Shown one piece after another: positions 39,350 to 47,746 of a stretch of DNA of 64,000 nucleotides (within the stretch, counting starts at the first letter, position 1; each line of letters begins with the position of its first letter). The notes beneath the pieces were generated by a model. The model was not told the origin of the DNA, ran no database searches, and worked only from the letters and a program-made list of their open reading frames with translations. Origin of the DNA: a virus. The position numbers were made by a program, and so were the translations under genes. Location of the stretch: the IMG/VR virus record IMGVR_UViG_3300009162_000001; one strand, written 5' to 3'.

Positions 39350-39538
39350 GAAACTTCCTCTCGTTGGCTTCCCCACGCCATTTCTTAGGTCAAGTGCCTC
39401 GGAGGTTCGTGGGGCCGTTCATTAACTCGCGTGACAAAACACTACCACAAGAGGATATGTGATGAACGATTGCATAAGCAAACCCGGCCCTCTCTCGAGG
39501 ACCGGGTCGCATTGTGCCAGCTCAGTGCTGTCGCTGCG

Positions 39539-39940
39539 TTACTCGCGACACACCGAAGAGATGCGGTTCTGCCAGCCGCCCGGGCTCGGGAAGACGCTCA
39601 GGTCGCTGATTCCGGAACCCGCGGCCAGGGAGAACATGTACCCCGAGCCGTTCGCCGAGTCGTAGAACGAGACCTGGAACGGGTTCTCGTTGAGCACAGA
39701 CTCCGCGTTGTTGTTGGCCCCGTTCAGTGGGCTGACGTTGTAGCACGAGCCGAAGGGCCCGTCCATGGGGAACATAGCCGCGGGCGTGCCGGTCCAGTTC
39801 TTGCCGTTCCACAGGCAGGTGTACGTCGTGCCTGTGCAGTTGGACAGTGACCGAGCCGAGGCCGGGTTGGCCGCGACGCCTAGGCCGAGCAGCGTGATGA
39901 CGCCGACGACCAGCACCGTGACGGTGCGCTTCAACCGCAT
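39539..39940 (-). CDS. secreted small Cys-containing beta-rich protein (peptidase-inhibitor I36-like, putative)
   Basis: Signal peptide MRLKRTVTVLVVGVITLLGLGVAANPASA. ATG preceded by GGGAGGAAGT. Ends ...NRISSVCRE. Confidence 0.55.
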   Translation of the reverse strand: MRLKRTVTVLVVGVITLLGLGVAANPASARSLSNCTGTTYTCLWNGKNWTGTPAAMFPMDGPFGSCYNVSPLNGANNNAESVLNENPFQVSFYDSANGSGYMFSLAAGSGISDLSVFPSPGGWQNRISSVCRE

Positions 39941-39971
39941 ACTTCCTCCCAATTGAGTTGGGTTGATGGGA

Positions 39972-40352
39972 CTAGCCGGCTCGTTGGATGGACGAGATCG
40001 TGTTGCGGAACGTCGGCGACATCTGCAGGTACTCCACACCTGGCTCCAAGATGATGGTGGCCGGAGTGATGGAGCAGTTGGAGCTGGTGAACGCGTAGTA
40101 CCTCGTCGACGACTTGTTCCAGAACGACTCGACGTTGTTGTTCCAGACCCCAGACAGGTTCGCGCAGGCGCCGGGACTCAACGACATGATCTGCTTGAGT
40201 CCCTCCTCGTACGGGCTCACCCACATGCACAGGTTTCCCGTTGGGCACGTGTCGTCCGCCGCGGCGGGCGTCGCGACGACGCCCAGGCCGAACATGGCGA
40301 CCGCTGTGACAAGCAGAGCGTGAATGAAACGCTGCTTGAATCGAGACATCAT
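39972..40352 (-). CDS. secreted small Cys-containing protein, paralog-like of 39539-39940
   Basis: Signal peptide. CPTGNLCMW ... NTISSIQ pattern shared with its neighbour. Confidence 0.55.
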   Translation of the reverse strand: MMSRFKQRFIHALLVTAVAMFGLGVVATPAAADDTCPTGNLCMWVSPYEEGLKQIMSLSPGACANLSGVWNNNVESFWNKSSTRYYAFTSSNCSITPATIILEPGVEYLQMSPTFRNTISSIQRAG

Positions 40353-40408
40353 TCTCCTCTGGATTAGGGGGATGTATGCCTAGATTCTATCACATTTAGG
40401 TGATATTG

Positions 40409-41023
40409 CTAACGCCGAGCAAGACGCCTACGACGACTCGGATGTCCGTGAGCTGTTCCACCCGAGGGGACGTCTGGGGTCTCGAAGAGAGGATCTGTGT
40501 AGTGAATGATGCCACCTGGCCCCATGAAGCCGTGCACGTTGTTTGGGTAACCGGACTTACTACTCGTCTCCATTGTGCCATTGGTGATCGACAACCCGTT
40601 AACGGTCGCGTTATTGGCCACACCCGTCAGGTTTCCATGGACCAGCTGGCTGGTAAAGACGTTGGTCTTCATCCCAACGAAGTCATTCGAGCCGATGGCC
40701 ACTCGGTAGGGCAGTCCGGCCGTCACGGCGACCGGTGTGTCGTAGAGGATCGTGTTCCAGGCGTTGGCCGTCACCAGCCCAAAGTCCTTGCTAGCCAGCA
40801 GCGTTCCCGAGCCACCTACGTCTGAGGAGTCCACGCGGTACAACCTCGAGGTGTAGTAGCCCGGAATGCCGCCCGACTGCCCGGTAAGACACCACATACG
40901 AGCGCCTATGACGTTCCCGTTGATCGCGAAGACGATCGTGACACCACCGGAGTGTGGCCCACCCCAAGAGCCACCCGAGTCGACGCTAGGGTTCGCCAGC
41001 CCAAACAGGTTTTCGATCACCAA
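40409..41023 (-). CDS. DUF4082-like protein (putative)
   Basis: 204 aa. The pattern IGARMW...GYYTSRLYRV...AWNTILYDTPVAVTAGLPYRVA resembles DUF4082. Confidence 0.4.
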   Translation of the reverse strand: MVIENLFGLANPSVDSGGSWGGPHSGGVTIVFAINGNVIGARMWCLTGQSGGIPGYYTSRLYRVDSSDVGGSGTLLASKDFGLVTANAWNTILYDTPVAVTAGLPYRVAIGSNDFVGMKTNVFTSQLVHGNLTGVANNATVNGLSITNGTMETSSKSGYPNNVHGFMGPGGIIHYTDPLFETPDVPSGGTAHGHPSRRRRLARR

Positions 41024-41042
41024 ACCATTCTAGACCAAGACG

Positions 41043-41375
41043 CTAACGAACGAACTGCGTGTTGGGCGGTAACTCCACGTCGCTGTCCAGCCGGCGGATG
41101 TCGATCAAGATCTGCTCCTTGGCGGCGTACTCAGCACCAAGCCACCAGACCAGGCCGAAGAGCGTCAGGCAGCGTGGAGAGCAGAAGTACCGCGAGCTGT
41201 CCGTGTTGGCGCACAAGCTGGCCACGGCGGACCTGGCGACCTGGCGCCAGGTCTCGATATTGATGACGAGCCAGTCCTTAGGCGCGTTCGCCGGCAGGAT
41301 GCTGCGCTGATCGGGGTATGGCTCGACGTTGGTGCACGTCGGGCCGTCACAGTGTACCTTCAGTTGAAGTCCCAT
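41043..41375 (-). CDS. hypothetical protein
   Basis: TGATG-coupled start at 41375. Confidence 0.5.
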   Translation of the reverse strand: MGLQLKVHCDGPTCTNVEPYPDQRSILPANAPKDWLVINIETWRQVARSAVASLCANTDSSRYFCSPRCLTLFGLVWWLGAEYAAKEQILIDIRRLDSDVELPPNTQFVR

Positions 41376-41617
41376 CAGGCGTCTTGTCCCCACATTCGGA
41401 GTCGCTCGCCGGTCAGCGGCCACTCATACTCGTCGGTTTCCTTCGTCTTCTTCTTCACTGGCGATTGATCCCAAAGGATGACCTCACCAGGCGGTGCCTT
41501 GGTCGGGCAGTGGCCGGGGCATGCCACGGTGATGACGCGCTTGTCCTTGTGCGGACAACGACACTGCGTCACGAGGGTGCCGTGGCGGCATCGCTTGATG
41601 AAGTGATCGGTGTTCAC
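41375..41617 (-). CDS. hypothetical Cys/His-rich protein
   Basis: 80-aa ORF. Confidence 0.5.
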   Translation of the reverse strand: MNTDHFIKRCRHGTLVTQCRCPHKDKRVITVACPGHCPTKAPPGEVILWDQSPVKKKTKETDEYEWPLTGERLRMWGQDA

Positions 41618-41796
41618 GAGGTCTCTTCCTTCTGACGCTCAACATCCTCACGAGGTTTCTCAGGTTCCCAGTTCTTAGCCCAACCGCACCCTAGACACCA
41701 GACCGAGAGACTGTGAAACTGCAGCCCATACTGCCCGCCTCGCTGCGCACCACAGCGAGGACAGCCTTGACGGATCAGCTCCCAGTCAACGCTCAC
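41614..41796 (-). CDS. zinc-ribbon protein
   Basis: CPRCGA...CLGCGW. Confidence 0.5.
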   Translation of the reverse strand: MSVDWELIRQGCPRCGAQRGGQYGLQFHSLSVWCLGCGWAKNWEPEKPREDVERQKEETS

Positions 41797-42056
41797 GATG
41801 TCCTCCGTGCCTTCCAGACCTGGTACTCGGCCTCCAGCTCGACGGCGCGTTGCTTGGCCTCCTCCTCACGCTTGCGTAGGTTGTCCTTCTCCTTCTTGAT
41901 CGACTCGGTGAAGGCACGGTTGAAGCGGCGGAAGGCGTCCGCCGTCTGCTCGGCGGCCAGCCGGATCTCGAACCAGGCCAGCTTGATCGCCTCGTCAGGC
42001 TTGTTAGGTTCGTTGGGCTTGGTCATGTGTTCTCTTCCTCTCGGCGGCGAAGTCAA
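41793..42056 (-). CDS. hypothetical protein
   Basis: 87-aa ORF. Confidence 0.5.
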   Translation of the reverse strand: MTSPPRGREHMTKPNEPNKPDEAIKLAWFEIRLAAEQTADAFRRFNRAFTESIKKEKDNLRKREEEAKQRAVELEAEYQVWKARRTS

Positions 42057-42068
42057 CGTCGACGTCAG

Positions 42069-42275
42069 TCATCCAAACAACCATGCGACGGCGGCGGCGA
42101 TCCCGAGTATGATCAAGATCATGATACCGAGTGCGAAACCGATCCACAGCGGTGACAGAACCCACCACCATGACCAGCTGATGACACCTACGAGCTTGAG
42201 GACGACGAAGATGATCGTCAGGACGCTGACGAGCCCGAGCCCGCCACCAGAGTTTGATGTTGATGTGTTCGACAT
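42069..42275 (-). CDS. 2-TM membrane protein
   Basis: 68 aa, hydrophobic. Confidence 0.5.
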   Translation of the reverse strand: MSNTSTSNSGGGLGLVSVLTIIFVVLKLVGVISWSWWWVLSPLWIGFALGIMILIILGIAAAVAWLFG

Positions 42276-42279
42276 GTCT

Positions 42280-42549
42280 TCAGTGCCTGTCCAGGTAGGA
42301 GATGAGGGAGATCAGGCCCCAGACCACCAGTCCCAAGATCGCGACGGAGAAGAGTAGGCTGACCAGCCACGCCGCTACGAACCCGGCCAGGCAGCCCTTA
42401 CCGGCGCGCTTCTCACGCTCGGAGAGGAGTGACTCAAAGGGCGGACCCTGAAGGCGCTCGTGGTCAGAGAGGTATGGGCGCGTGGCACGACGGCGTGCTG
42501 CGGCGTCGCGGAGTGACGGGGTGGCCCAGTCGTCATCTTTGTCTCTCAT
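42280..42549 (-). CDS. membrane protein
   Basis: 89 aa with C-terminal TM helices. Confidence 0.5.
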   Translation of the reverse strand: MRDKDDDWATPSLRDAAARRRATRPYLSDHERLQGPPFESLLSEREKRAGKGCLAGFVAAWLVSLLFSVAILGLVVWGLISLISYLDRH

Positions 42550-42561
42550 ATCATTTTCTCC

Positions 42562-42957
42562 TTAGTAGCCGTCTCCGGGTGATCGCACCGTGTTGGTGGT
42601 CGGAGTGGGTGGGACCCGGTGATCTGGGTAGAGGCCGCCGCAGCAGACCCAGCGCCCGTCAACGGTGGCGATGTTGTTTAGGACGTATCCCGTGGTGGGG
42701 CAGACCATGGGTTCGTCGGTGTCGTCGGCGGTGTCGGTGACGTCGGCGTGGCACTCGCACCGGCAGGGCGCGTGACAGATCTTGCACCGACTTGGGTTAC
42801 GTGTGCCTTCGGGTGCGCCGGGGAAGGATGTGGCGCGGCAGGCCTCGTGGCCTGCTGGGTCATCGGGTGTCAAGATCGCATGCCGGCAGTGTGTCGACCA
42901 GTACCAGTGACTGCCGTCTGGGTTGATGACATCCATGAGGTAGCCATGCTTAGGCAT
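42562..42957 (-). CDS. Cys/His-rich protein
   Basis: 131 aa with many Cys/His (CKICHAPCRCECH). Confidence 0.5.
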   Translation of the reverse strand: MPKHGYLMDVINPDGSHWYWSTHCRHAILTPDDPAGHEACRATSFPGAPEGTRNPSRCKICHAPCRCECHADVTDTADDTDEPMVCPTTGYVLNNIATVDGRWVCCGGLYPDHRVPPTPTTNTVRSPGDGY

Positions 42958-43411
42958 GAGGTTCCTCCTGTGGTGCGGCGGGTGTGGTGGGATAGACCTG
43001 CGTGATGGGATCGGTCGTAATGCCGTTGAAGACGGCCAGCGCCGCGGTGGCCTTCAGGCGCGCCAGGTTCCTCTCGGTGCCGGTGGCGGTCTGCCAGTGA
43101 TCGGTGCCGTTCGGACGCTCGGTGTTGTGCAGGAGCCGCGCGACGTCCTGGATGCGAGAGTTGCGGTCGGCATCACTGGTGAGCAAGATCGCGAGTAGGC
43201 CACATGTGCCAACCGCGCCCTCCGCGGAGCCAAGTGATGATCGAGTAAGGTGGAGGACCAGGCGCTCAAAGCCGGTGTCACGGCCATGTCGGGCCACAAG
43301 ATCAGCGTAGAGAAGGCGCAGGGCATCCAGCGCCACAGCTGACTTCTGGATGAGGTCGTCGACGTTCTTGGCGCGGTTGGTCACGCCGGTGAGGAGGTCA
43401 TCAAGATCCAT
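42950..43411 (-). CDS. hypothetical protein
   Basis: 153-aa ORF. Confidence 0.55.
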   Translation of the reverse strand: MDLDDLLTGVTNRAKNVDDLIQKSAVALDALRLLYADLVARHGRDTGFERLVLHLTRSSLGSAEGAVGTCGLLAILLTSDADRNSRIQDVARLLHNTERPNGTDHWQTATGTERNLARLKATAALAVFNGITTDPITQVYPTTPAAPQEEPHA

Positions 43412-43453
43412 GGTGTTTGATCCCTTCGGTCTCTTGGGTCGGGGTCTATCTTA

Positions 43454-43657
43454 TCAAGATTTGGGGTGTGGTGTGTCGTGAGGATTGGTCTCTCGTTCCA
43501 CGACCAGGTGATGCATGCCACACAACTGCAGGTGCATCTCAAACGGGCCATCGTGCAACACAACACGACGACGTGCCTGCTCGTGACAGGGCGCTTCATC
43601 GTGCGGTAGGGAGACCTTGGTGCCCCAGTCGCACCAAATGAGGTTGAGGAACGTCAT
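43454..43657 (-). CDS. hypothetical protein (first gene of leftward block)
   Basis: 67-aa ORF. Confidence 0.5.
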   Translation of the reverse strand: MTFLNLIWCDWGTKVSLPHDEAPCHEQARRRVVLHDGPFEMHLQLCGMHHLVVERETNPHDTPHPKS

Positions 43658-43959
43658 TATTGATCTTGGTCCCTTCGATCGACTCGGAAAAAATTTTAGC
43701 TCGGAGGTGCCAGTGGCACAAAAGTCATATATTTCACATACGGGGACGAAAACGGGATAAGCAACGTAGTTGGCCTAGTCCACCCCAAAACACACACAAA
43801 CATTCACTGCACACCCTTTCGCTCCCAGATCGCCCACTTTGGGCGAAAATGGGAGAGATTCAGGAAAAAGTGAAACACTTTGTTCCAATTTAGGCCAAAT
43901 AGGGCCCTATTGTCCATATTGTACGCTCGCTCACCTGATCTCGCAGGATATAAGAGAAT

Positions 43960-44007
43960 GAGTCTACATTGTTATGTACAATGTAGACACTCGAGAGTCT
44001 ACATTGT
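43960..44007. promoter_or_regulatory. operator-like triple site GTCTACATTGT (inverted pair + direct copy)
   Basis: 43962-43972 and 43978-43988 form an 11-bp-arm palindrome with a 5-bp spacer. A third copy lies at 43997-44007. Confidence 0.6.
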
Positions 44008-44039
44008 ACTCATATAGCTCCAGCGTAGGCGATAGCGTA

Positions 44040-44190
44040 TTGATCTCCCTGCTATACGCCCCTATATAGCCACTGCTCTACGCCCTGTATACGCCACCCT
44101 AGTAGATCTTGCCCTATATAGCCCCTATATACGCCCCCTGGATAGCACCCCCTGTAGATCTTTCCCTATATAGCACCCTGTAGACGCATC
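44040..44190. repeat. array of about 10 degenerate CCCT(R)TA(K)A(S) iteron-like repeats
   Basis: Examples: ccctatatagc (x3), cctatatacgcc, ccctgtatacgcc, ccctagtagatct, ccctgtagatct, ccctgtagacgc, at 10-16 bp spacing. Confidence 0.6.
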
Positions 44191-44257
44191 CTCTAGAGGA
44201 TATCATAGTAATGTGTCAGATACATGACAAAGTTTTCCTGAACTTTTTGTCCTGGAG

Positions 44258-44288
44258 TGTGGCATAATGCTGCAATGTGTGATAAAAT
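44258..44288 (+). promoter_or_regulatory. tandem extended -10 promoters (TGTGGCATAAT, TGTGTGATAAAAT) for the rightward block
   Basis: 44258-44268 and 44276-44288. Confidence 0.6.
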
Positions 44289-44318
44289 AGATCTATCAGG
44301 AAAACAGGGAGGCTGGAA

Positions 44319-44474
44319 ATGACCACGATCTTCTACACCATCGCTGGGCAGCACAGGCAGATCAAGGGCCGCATCATCAGGGAGCGTTCAGACTCGATCA
44401 GCATCGTCCAGCCGGGCAAACCCGCTTGGGCGACCGAGATCATCTTCAAGCGGTTCATCACCAAGATCGCCTAG
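44319..44474 (+). CDS. 51-aa hypothetical protein
   Basis: Not in the track. ATG after AGGGAGG. MTTIFYTIAGQHRQIKGRII... Confidence 0.5.
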   Translation: MTTIFYTIAGQHRQIKGRIIRERSDSISIVQPGKPAWATEIIFKRFITKIA

Positions 44475-44492
44475 CATCCGCTGGGCGTCATG

Positions 44493-44578
44493 GGGTCGCT
44501 GGTAGCACCTCGAGGCAGGCGCACGAGTACCGGCCACAAGCCCTCGAGGGTAGGGAGGTCCGAATCCTCCGGGACCCA
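44493..44578 (+). ncRNA. tRNA-like element (T-arm + acceptor-like stem, non-canonical body)
   Basis: GGAGG-TCCGAAT-CCTCC followed by GGGACCC-A pairing with 5' GGGTCGC (6/7). The body contains an 8-bp CCTCGAGG/CCTCGAGG helix. Confidence 0.35.
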
Positions 44579-44615
44579 CTCAAGAAATTGTGGCATAGTG
44601 ATAGGAGATCACACA

Positions 44616-44927
44616 ATGACACTCTACGCCATGAACACCCGGACCCGCGTCTCGACCGAGGACCCGTCCGCCAACGAGTTCGGACACACCCTCGATGGCT
44701 GCACCTTCGTCTACCTGCGCTCGACCAGCGGGAACGAGACGGTCAAGGTCTGGTCCACGTACGGCGACCCCGGGCTGACGATCGGCGAGCGGGTGAGCAT
44801 GATCAACGACACGGGGCTGGGTCATCGCTCGATGCCGGACCACGTCGTCGTGGCGATCCTGTCAAAGGACGGGCTCCGGGGCGAGCTCCCGGTGCAGCGC
44901 AAGACCTCGTACTGGGTCGCTAAGTAA
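44616..44927 (+). CDS. hypothetical protein
   Basis: ATG after TGTGGCATAGT promoter and GTGATAGGAGATCACACA leader. Confidence 0.6.
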   Translation: MTLYAMNTRTRVSTEDPSANEFGHTLDGCTFVYLRSTSGNETVKVWSTYGDPGLTIGERVSMINDTGLGHRSMPDHVVVAILSKDGLRGELPVQRKTSYWVAK

Positions 44928-44950
44928 GACCCGCTCTCAAGATCCAAAAG

Positions 44951-44978
44951 GGCCCGGCCGCACTCCAGCGGCTGGGCC
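44951..44978. terminator. bidirectional intrinsic terminator
   Basis: 11-bp stem GGCCCGGCCGC/GCGGCTGGGCC, flanked by AAAAG and CTTTTGTG. The stem sequence is related to terminator 20863-20890. Confidence 0.7.
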
Positions 44979-44987
44979 ACTTTTGTG

Positions 44988-45803
44988 TCACAGGCTCTCA
45001 GGTGTGATCTCATCGAACCACCCTGTGCCATCGAGCGTCAGTCCGCCCTGGGCGGCCTGCTCCGTCTCGATGGCCACCAGCTCCTGCCGCATCGCCAGCC
45101 GAGCCACCGTCTCCTGCTCAGCACTGAGACCCAGAGCCGTGAGCGCCTTCTCCAACGGACGTGCGATCAGCTGGACCTGCAGGACCTGAGCCTCGACGAG
45201 CCGCTCCGCCACACCAGCATCGATGGCCATCTTGGCGACCTTTGCCAGCTCGCGGGTCCAGTACTCGTTCTTGGCGACCCACCAGGACCTATCTCTAAAC
45301 GCCCCGACACCCAGCGGCTCGCCCGAGGTCGGATCCACCAGTATTCCGTTCTCGTCCCGGGCCCAACGTCCGTCTAGCTCCCTGTCGTCCGCCGCCTCAG
45401 ATAGGACCTTTTCGGTGTATGCGACCTTTCCCGCCGCGATGCGAACGGCCAGCAGCAGTGCGTCCCAAGGCGAGACGTTCAACTGCGCCGCGAAAGCGTG
45501 ACCCATCAGCCACCCCGCCTCGACTCGTCCCCGGTACCCATTTCCACCGTGTGATCCACAACGTCCCCAACCCTCGTGTTCCGTGCCAAACCCGGCGGAC
45601 CTTTTACATCTCCACCAACCACAGACCACCGGATTCCCACCGACGTGATCGGGCCGTTGTGCCAATCTTCCCAACCACGTCGACTGGGCAACATAAAACC
45701 CGACTCGCCTCCGCTCGGTGAGCTGCTCGTGCCGACGATCATAGACCCAGTCGTCCTCCCAGACGACCGCCGGATCCCTAGGCCGAACCCGCTCCAAAAC
45801 CAT
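44988..45803 (-). CDS. HGG-motif protein (small-terminase-like DNA-binding protein?)
   Basis: 271 aa. The GWGRCGSHGGNG motif plus helical C-terminus is recalled from actinophage small-terminase annotations. Function uncertain. Confidence 0.45.
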   Translation of the reverse strand: MVLERVRPRDPAVVWEDDWVYDRRHEQLTERRRVGFYVAQSTWLGRLAQRPDHVGGNPVVCGWWRCKRSAGFGTEHEGWGRCGSHGGNGYRGRVEAGWLMGHAFAAQLNVSPWDALLLAVRIAAGKVAYTEKVLSEAADDRELDGRWARDENGILVDPTSGEPLGVGAFRDRSWWVAKNEYWTRELAKVAKMAIDAGVAERLVEAQVLQVQLIARPLEKALTALGLSAEQETVARLAMRQELVAIETEQAAQGGLTLDGTGWFDEITPESL

Positions 45804-45849
45804 GATTCGATTCTATCCCCTCGACCACTTTTCGTCTCTCTGTAAGTGT

Positions 45850-46237
45850 AAGCAGCTGGGTGTCCCAAAACCCTCCGTATCTGTAGCGTAGATCGCTCCT
45901 ATATACGACAAATCCCCGAATTGAATACGTATCAGTTTTTTATATATCTACTTACAATCTTACAGAGATAGATAATAGAGTAAAATACAATCCCTCTACC
46001 TCGACAAATGGAGATCAATCATATATCACATACCTGTAAGAGGTACTTACATCTTCCATACAGAACCTGCCCTCTACCTTACAAATGCCGATCTTGATGC
46101 GTTTCTTAAGTCATATGCGCATTTCTCGTATTCCTAAGTTTTTTAGTCATTAATCCCAATAGTAAGCAACTGTCAGTAAGTTCGGTAAGCAACGGTTGAT
46201 CTCCATGATCTACGATCACAAATCCACAAGATCTCCG
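45850..46237. repeat. AT-rich non-coding region with direct repeats (candidate origin/regulatory region)
   Basis: CCCTCTACCT(N)ACAAATG(N2)GATC occurs twice (about 45990 and 46069), GTAAGCAAC twice. Copies of the CTGTAGCG/TAGATC/CCTATATACG motif family at 45870-45908. Confidence 0.55.
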
Positions 46238-47746
46238 CTACGCCCATACGATCGTACCCGCCGTCAGCTTCCAGCCGATCCAGCGTGTACCACTACTTTG
46301 GGTCGACATCCAGCCGCGATCACGCAGAGACTGCCCCAACTGCCTCAAAGATAGTTGATCTTTGCGCAACCCAGTCTCCGCGTAGTTCTTAAGCCAGTAC
46401 TGATAGAGCTTGTGCATCTCATCAGCCTTGATCATGTGCTGCTTAGGCGAGTCCGGATCTACCTTGAGCAGCTTTTCCTCACCGGTCGCCCACGTGAGGA
46501 ACTCATCTATGCTGTCCATCTCGCCGTGGGCGGTCATGGTCGCGAGTACGTACTTCGCCGGCAGGACGTCGATGATGTCATCGCGTGCGCCGTACACCAT
46601 GCGAGCCAGGATGGCCTCAAGACATTTCCTGTCGTTTAGGAAGACCTCGCGCTTGTTCGGGTCTTCCAGCGCCTTGGGGAGGGAACGATCAAAGTGGATG
46701 ACCAGGACCCGGCGCTTCGTGGCGGTGTCCAACCCGATGATGTGCGGGATCGCGTTCGTGACGATGAACGGCGTGAACCTCGGCGTCTCCTGTACCATGC
46801 CTTGGTACAGGTTGCGATACGGAATGGGTTCGCCGCCGGTCAGCCTCTTAACCTGGTCCGCGTGAAGTGACCAGTTCTTCGATGCCTCCGAGGCCCAGAC
46901 GACGCGCTTGTACATCGCCGCCACGAGATCCGGACGTGGCTTGTCATCCAGCGCCCCGCGAAAGACCGAGGCGTTGATCGTGCAGACGTACGACCCCAGG
47001 ACCTTGTGGACGCCCGACATGAACTGCGACTTACCTGAGGTCGTCTCGCCCCAGATGATGGGGAGGATGCGTCGTGCGTTTCCCCTAAACAGCGAATGTC
47101 CCAGCATGGCGAAGATGAAGCGCTGGTCGTCCTCGTCCGGCAGGAACGTCGACAGAAACTCCTCGAAGACCTTGGAGTAGCCCGGCTTAGCCGCGTCCCG
47201 TACGTAGTCGACCTCACAGATGCACGAGTGCATGTCCGGGGCCAACGACGGGACAAGATCTCCGGTGTACAGGTCCACGGCGCCGTTCTGCACGTTCAGC
47301 AGTCCGAGCCGCTGGTCGAAGTCGCCGACCAGGACCTGGATCCTCGGATCACTAGCGGCGATGGTCAGCATCGAGCGCATCTTAGCCACGTTCTGCAGCT
47401 GTGTCGCGGTCTGCAGGATCCGGTTCTGCTCCGTTGGGTCCTCACGCGGATACGCTAGTACCGTGTCCCGTCGCCGCTGGGCGGTCGCCTGGGCCAGCAC
47501 CATGCCACGGTGTGCTTCCCGGGTGTCCTCGGCCCACCTCTTCCCGTTCCAGACGTGCCAGCGTTCGGTATCCAACGAGTACCGTACGTAGTCGCCGTGC
47601 ATCTCGACGAAGACTCGACCGTTGGCCGCGTCCGTCAGAACGAGGTCCTGCGGCGCCAGCTCATTGATGTCGCCATCGAGGATCGCCTCCAGGTTCGGCG
47701 GCTGGATCGTGGTGACGTTCTCACCTAGGACCTCGCTCACTTCCAA
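46238..47746 (-). CDS. D5/P4-type primase-helicase (SF3 NTPase)
   Basis: Walker A GETTSGKS. 502 aa. Adjacent to the PrimPol gene. Confidence 0.75.
   Translation of the reverse strand: MEVSEVLGENVTTIQPPNLEAILDGDINELAPQDLVLTDAANGRVFVEMHGDYVRYSLDTERWHVWNGKRWAEDTREAHRGMVLAQATAQRRRDTVLAYPREDPTEQNRILQTATQLQNVAKMRSMLTIAASDPRIQVLVGDFDQRLGLLNVQNGAVDLYTGDLVPSLAPDMHSCICEVDYVRDAAKPGYSKVFEEFLSTFLPDEDDQRFIFAMLGHSLFRGNARRILPIIWGETTSGKSQFMSGVHKVLGSYVCTINASVFRGALDDKPRPDLVAAMYKRVVWASEASKNWSLHADQVKRLTGGEPIPYRNLYQGMVQETPRFTPFIVTNAIPHIIGLDTATKRRVLVIHFDRSLPKALEDPNKREVFLNDRKCLEAILARMVYGARDDIIDVLPAKYVLATMTAHGEMDSIDEFLTWATGEEKLLKVDPDSPKQHMIKADEMHKLYQYWLKNYAETGLRKDQLSLRQLGQSLRDRGWMSTQSSGTRWIGWKLTAGTIVWA

Noticed and set aside
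38298-39388. ORFs 38298-38852 (-), 38891-39388 (+) and similar ORFs overlapping the sortase and LPXTG genes.
   Set aside because: These are alternative frames of genes with clear signal peptide, sorting signal and catalytic motifs. They have no independent support.
44988-45803. Calling this gene the small terminase subunit.
   Set aside because: The HGG motif is suggestive, but the gene is 22 kb from the large terminase, on an isolated minus-strand island in the early/replication region. Only a tentative small-terminase-like DNA-binding label is given.
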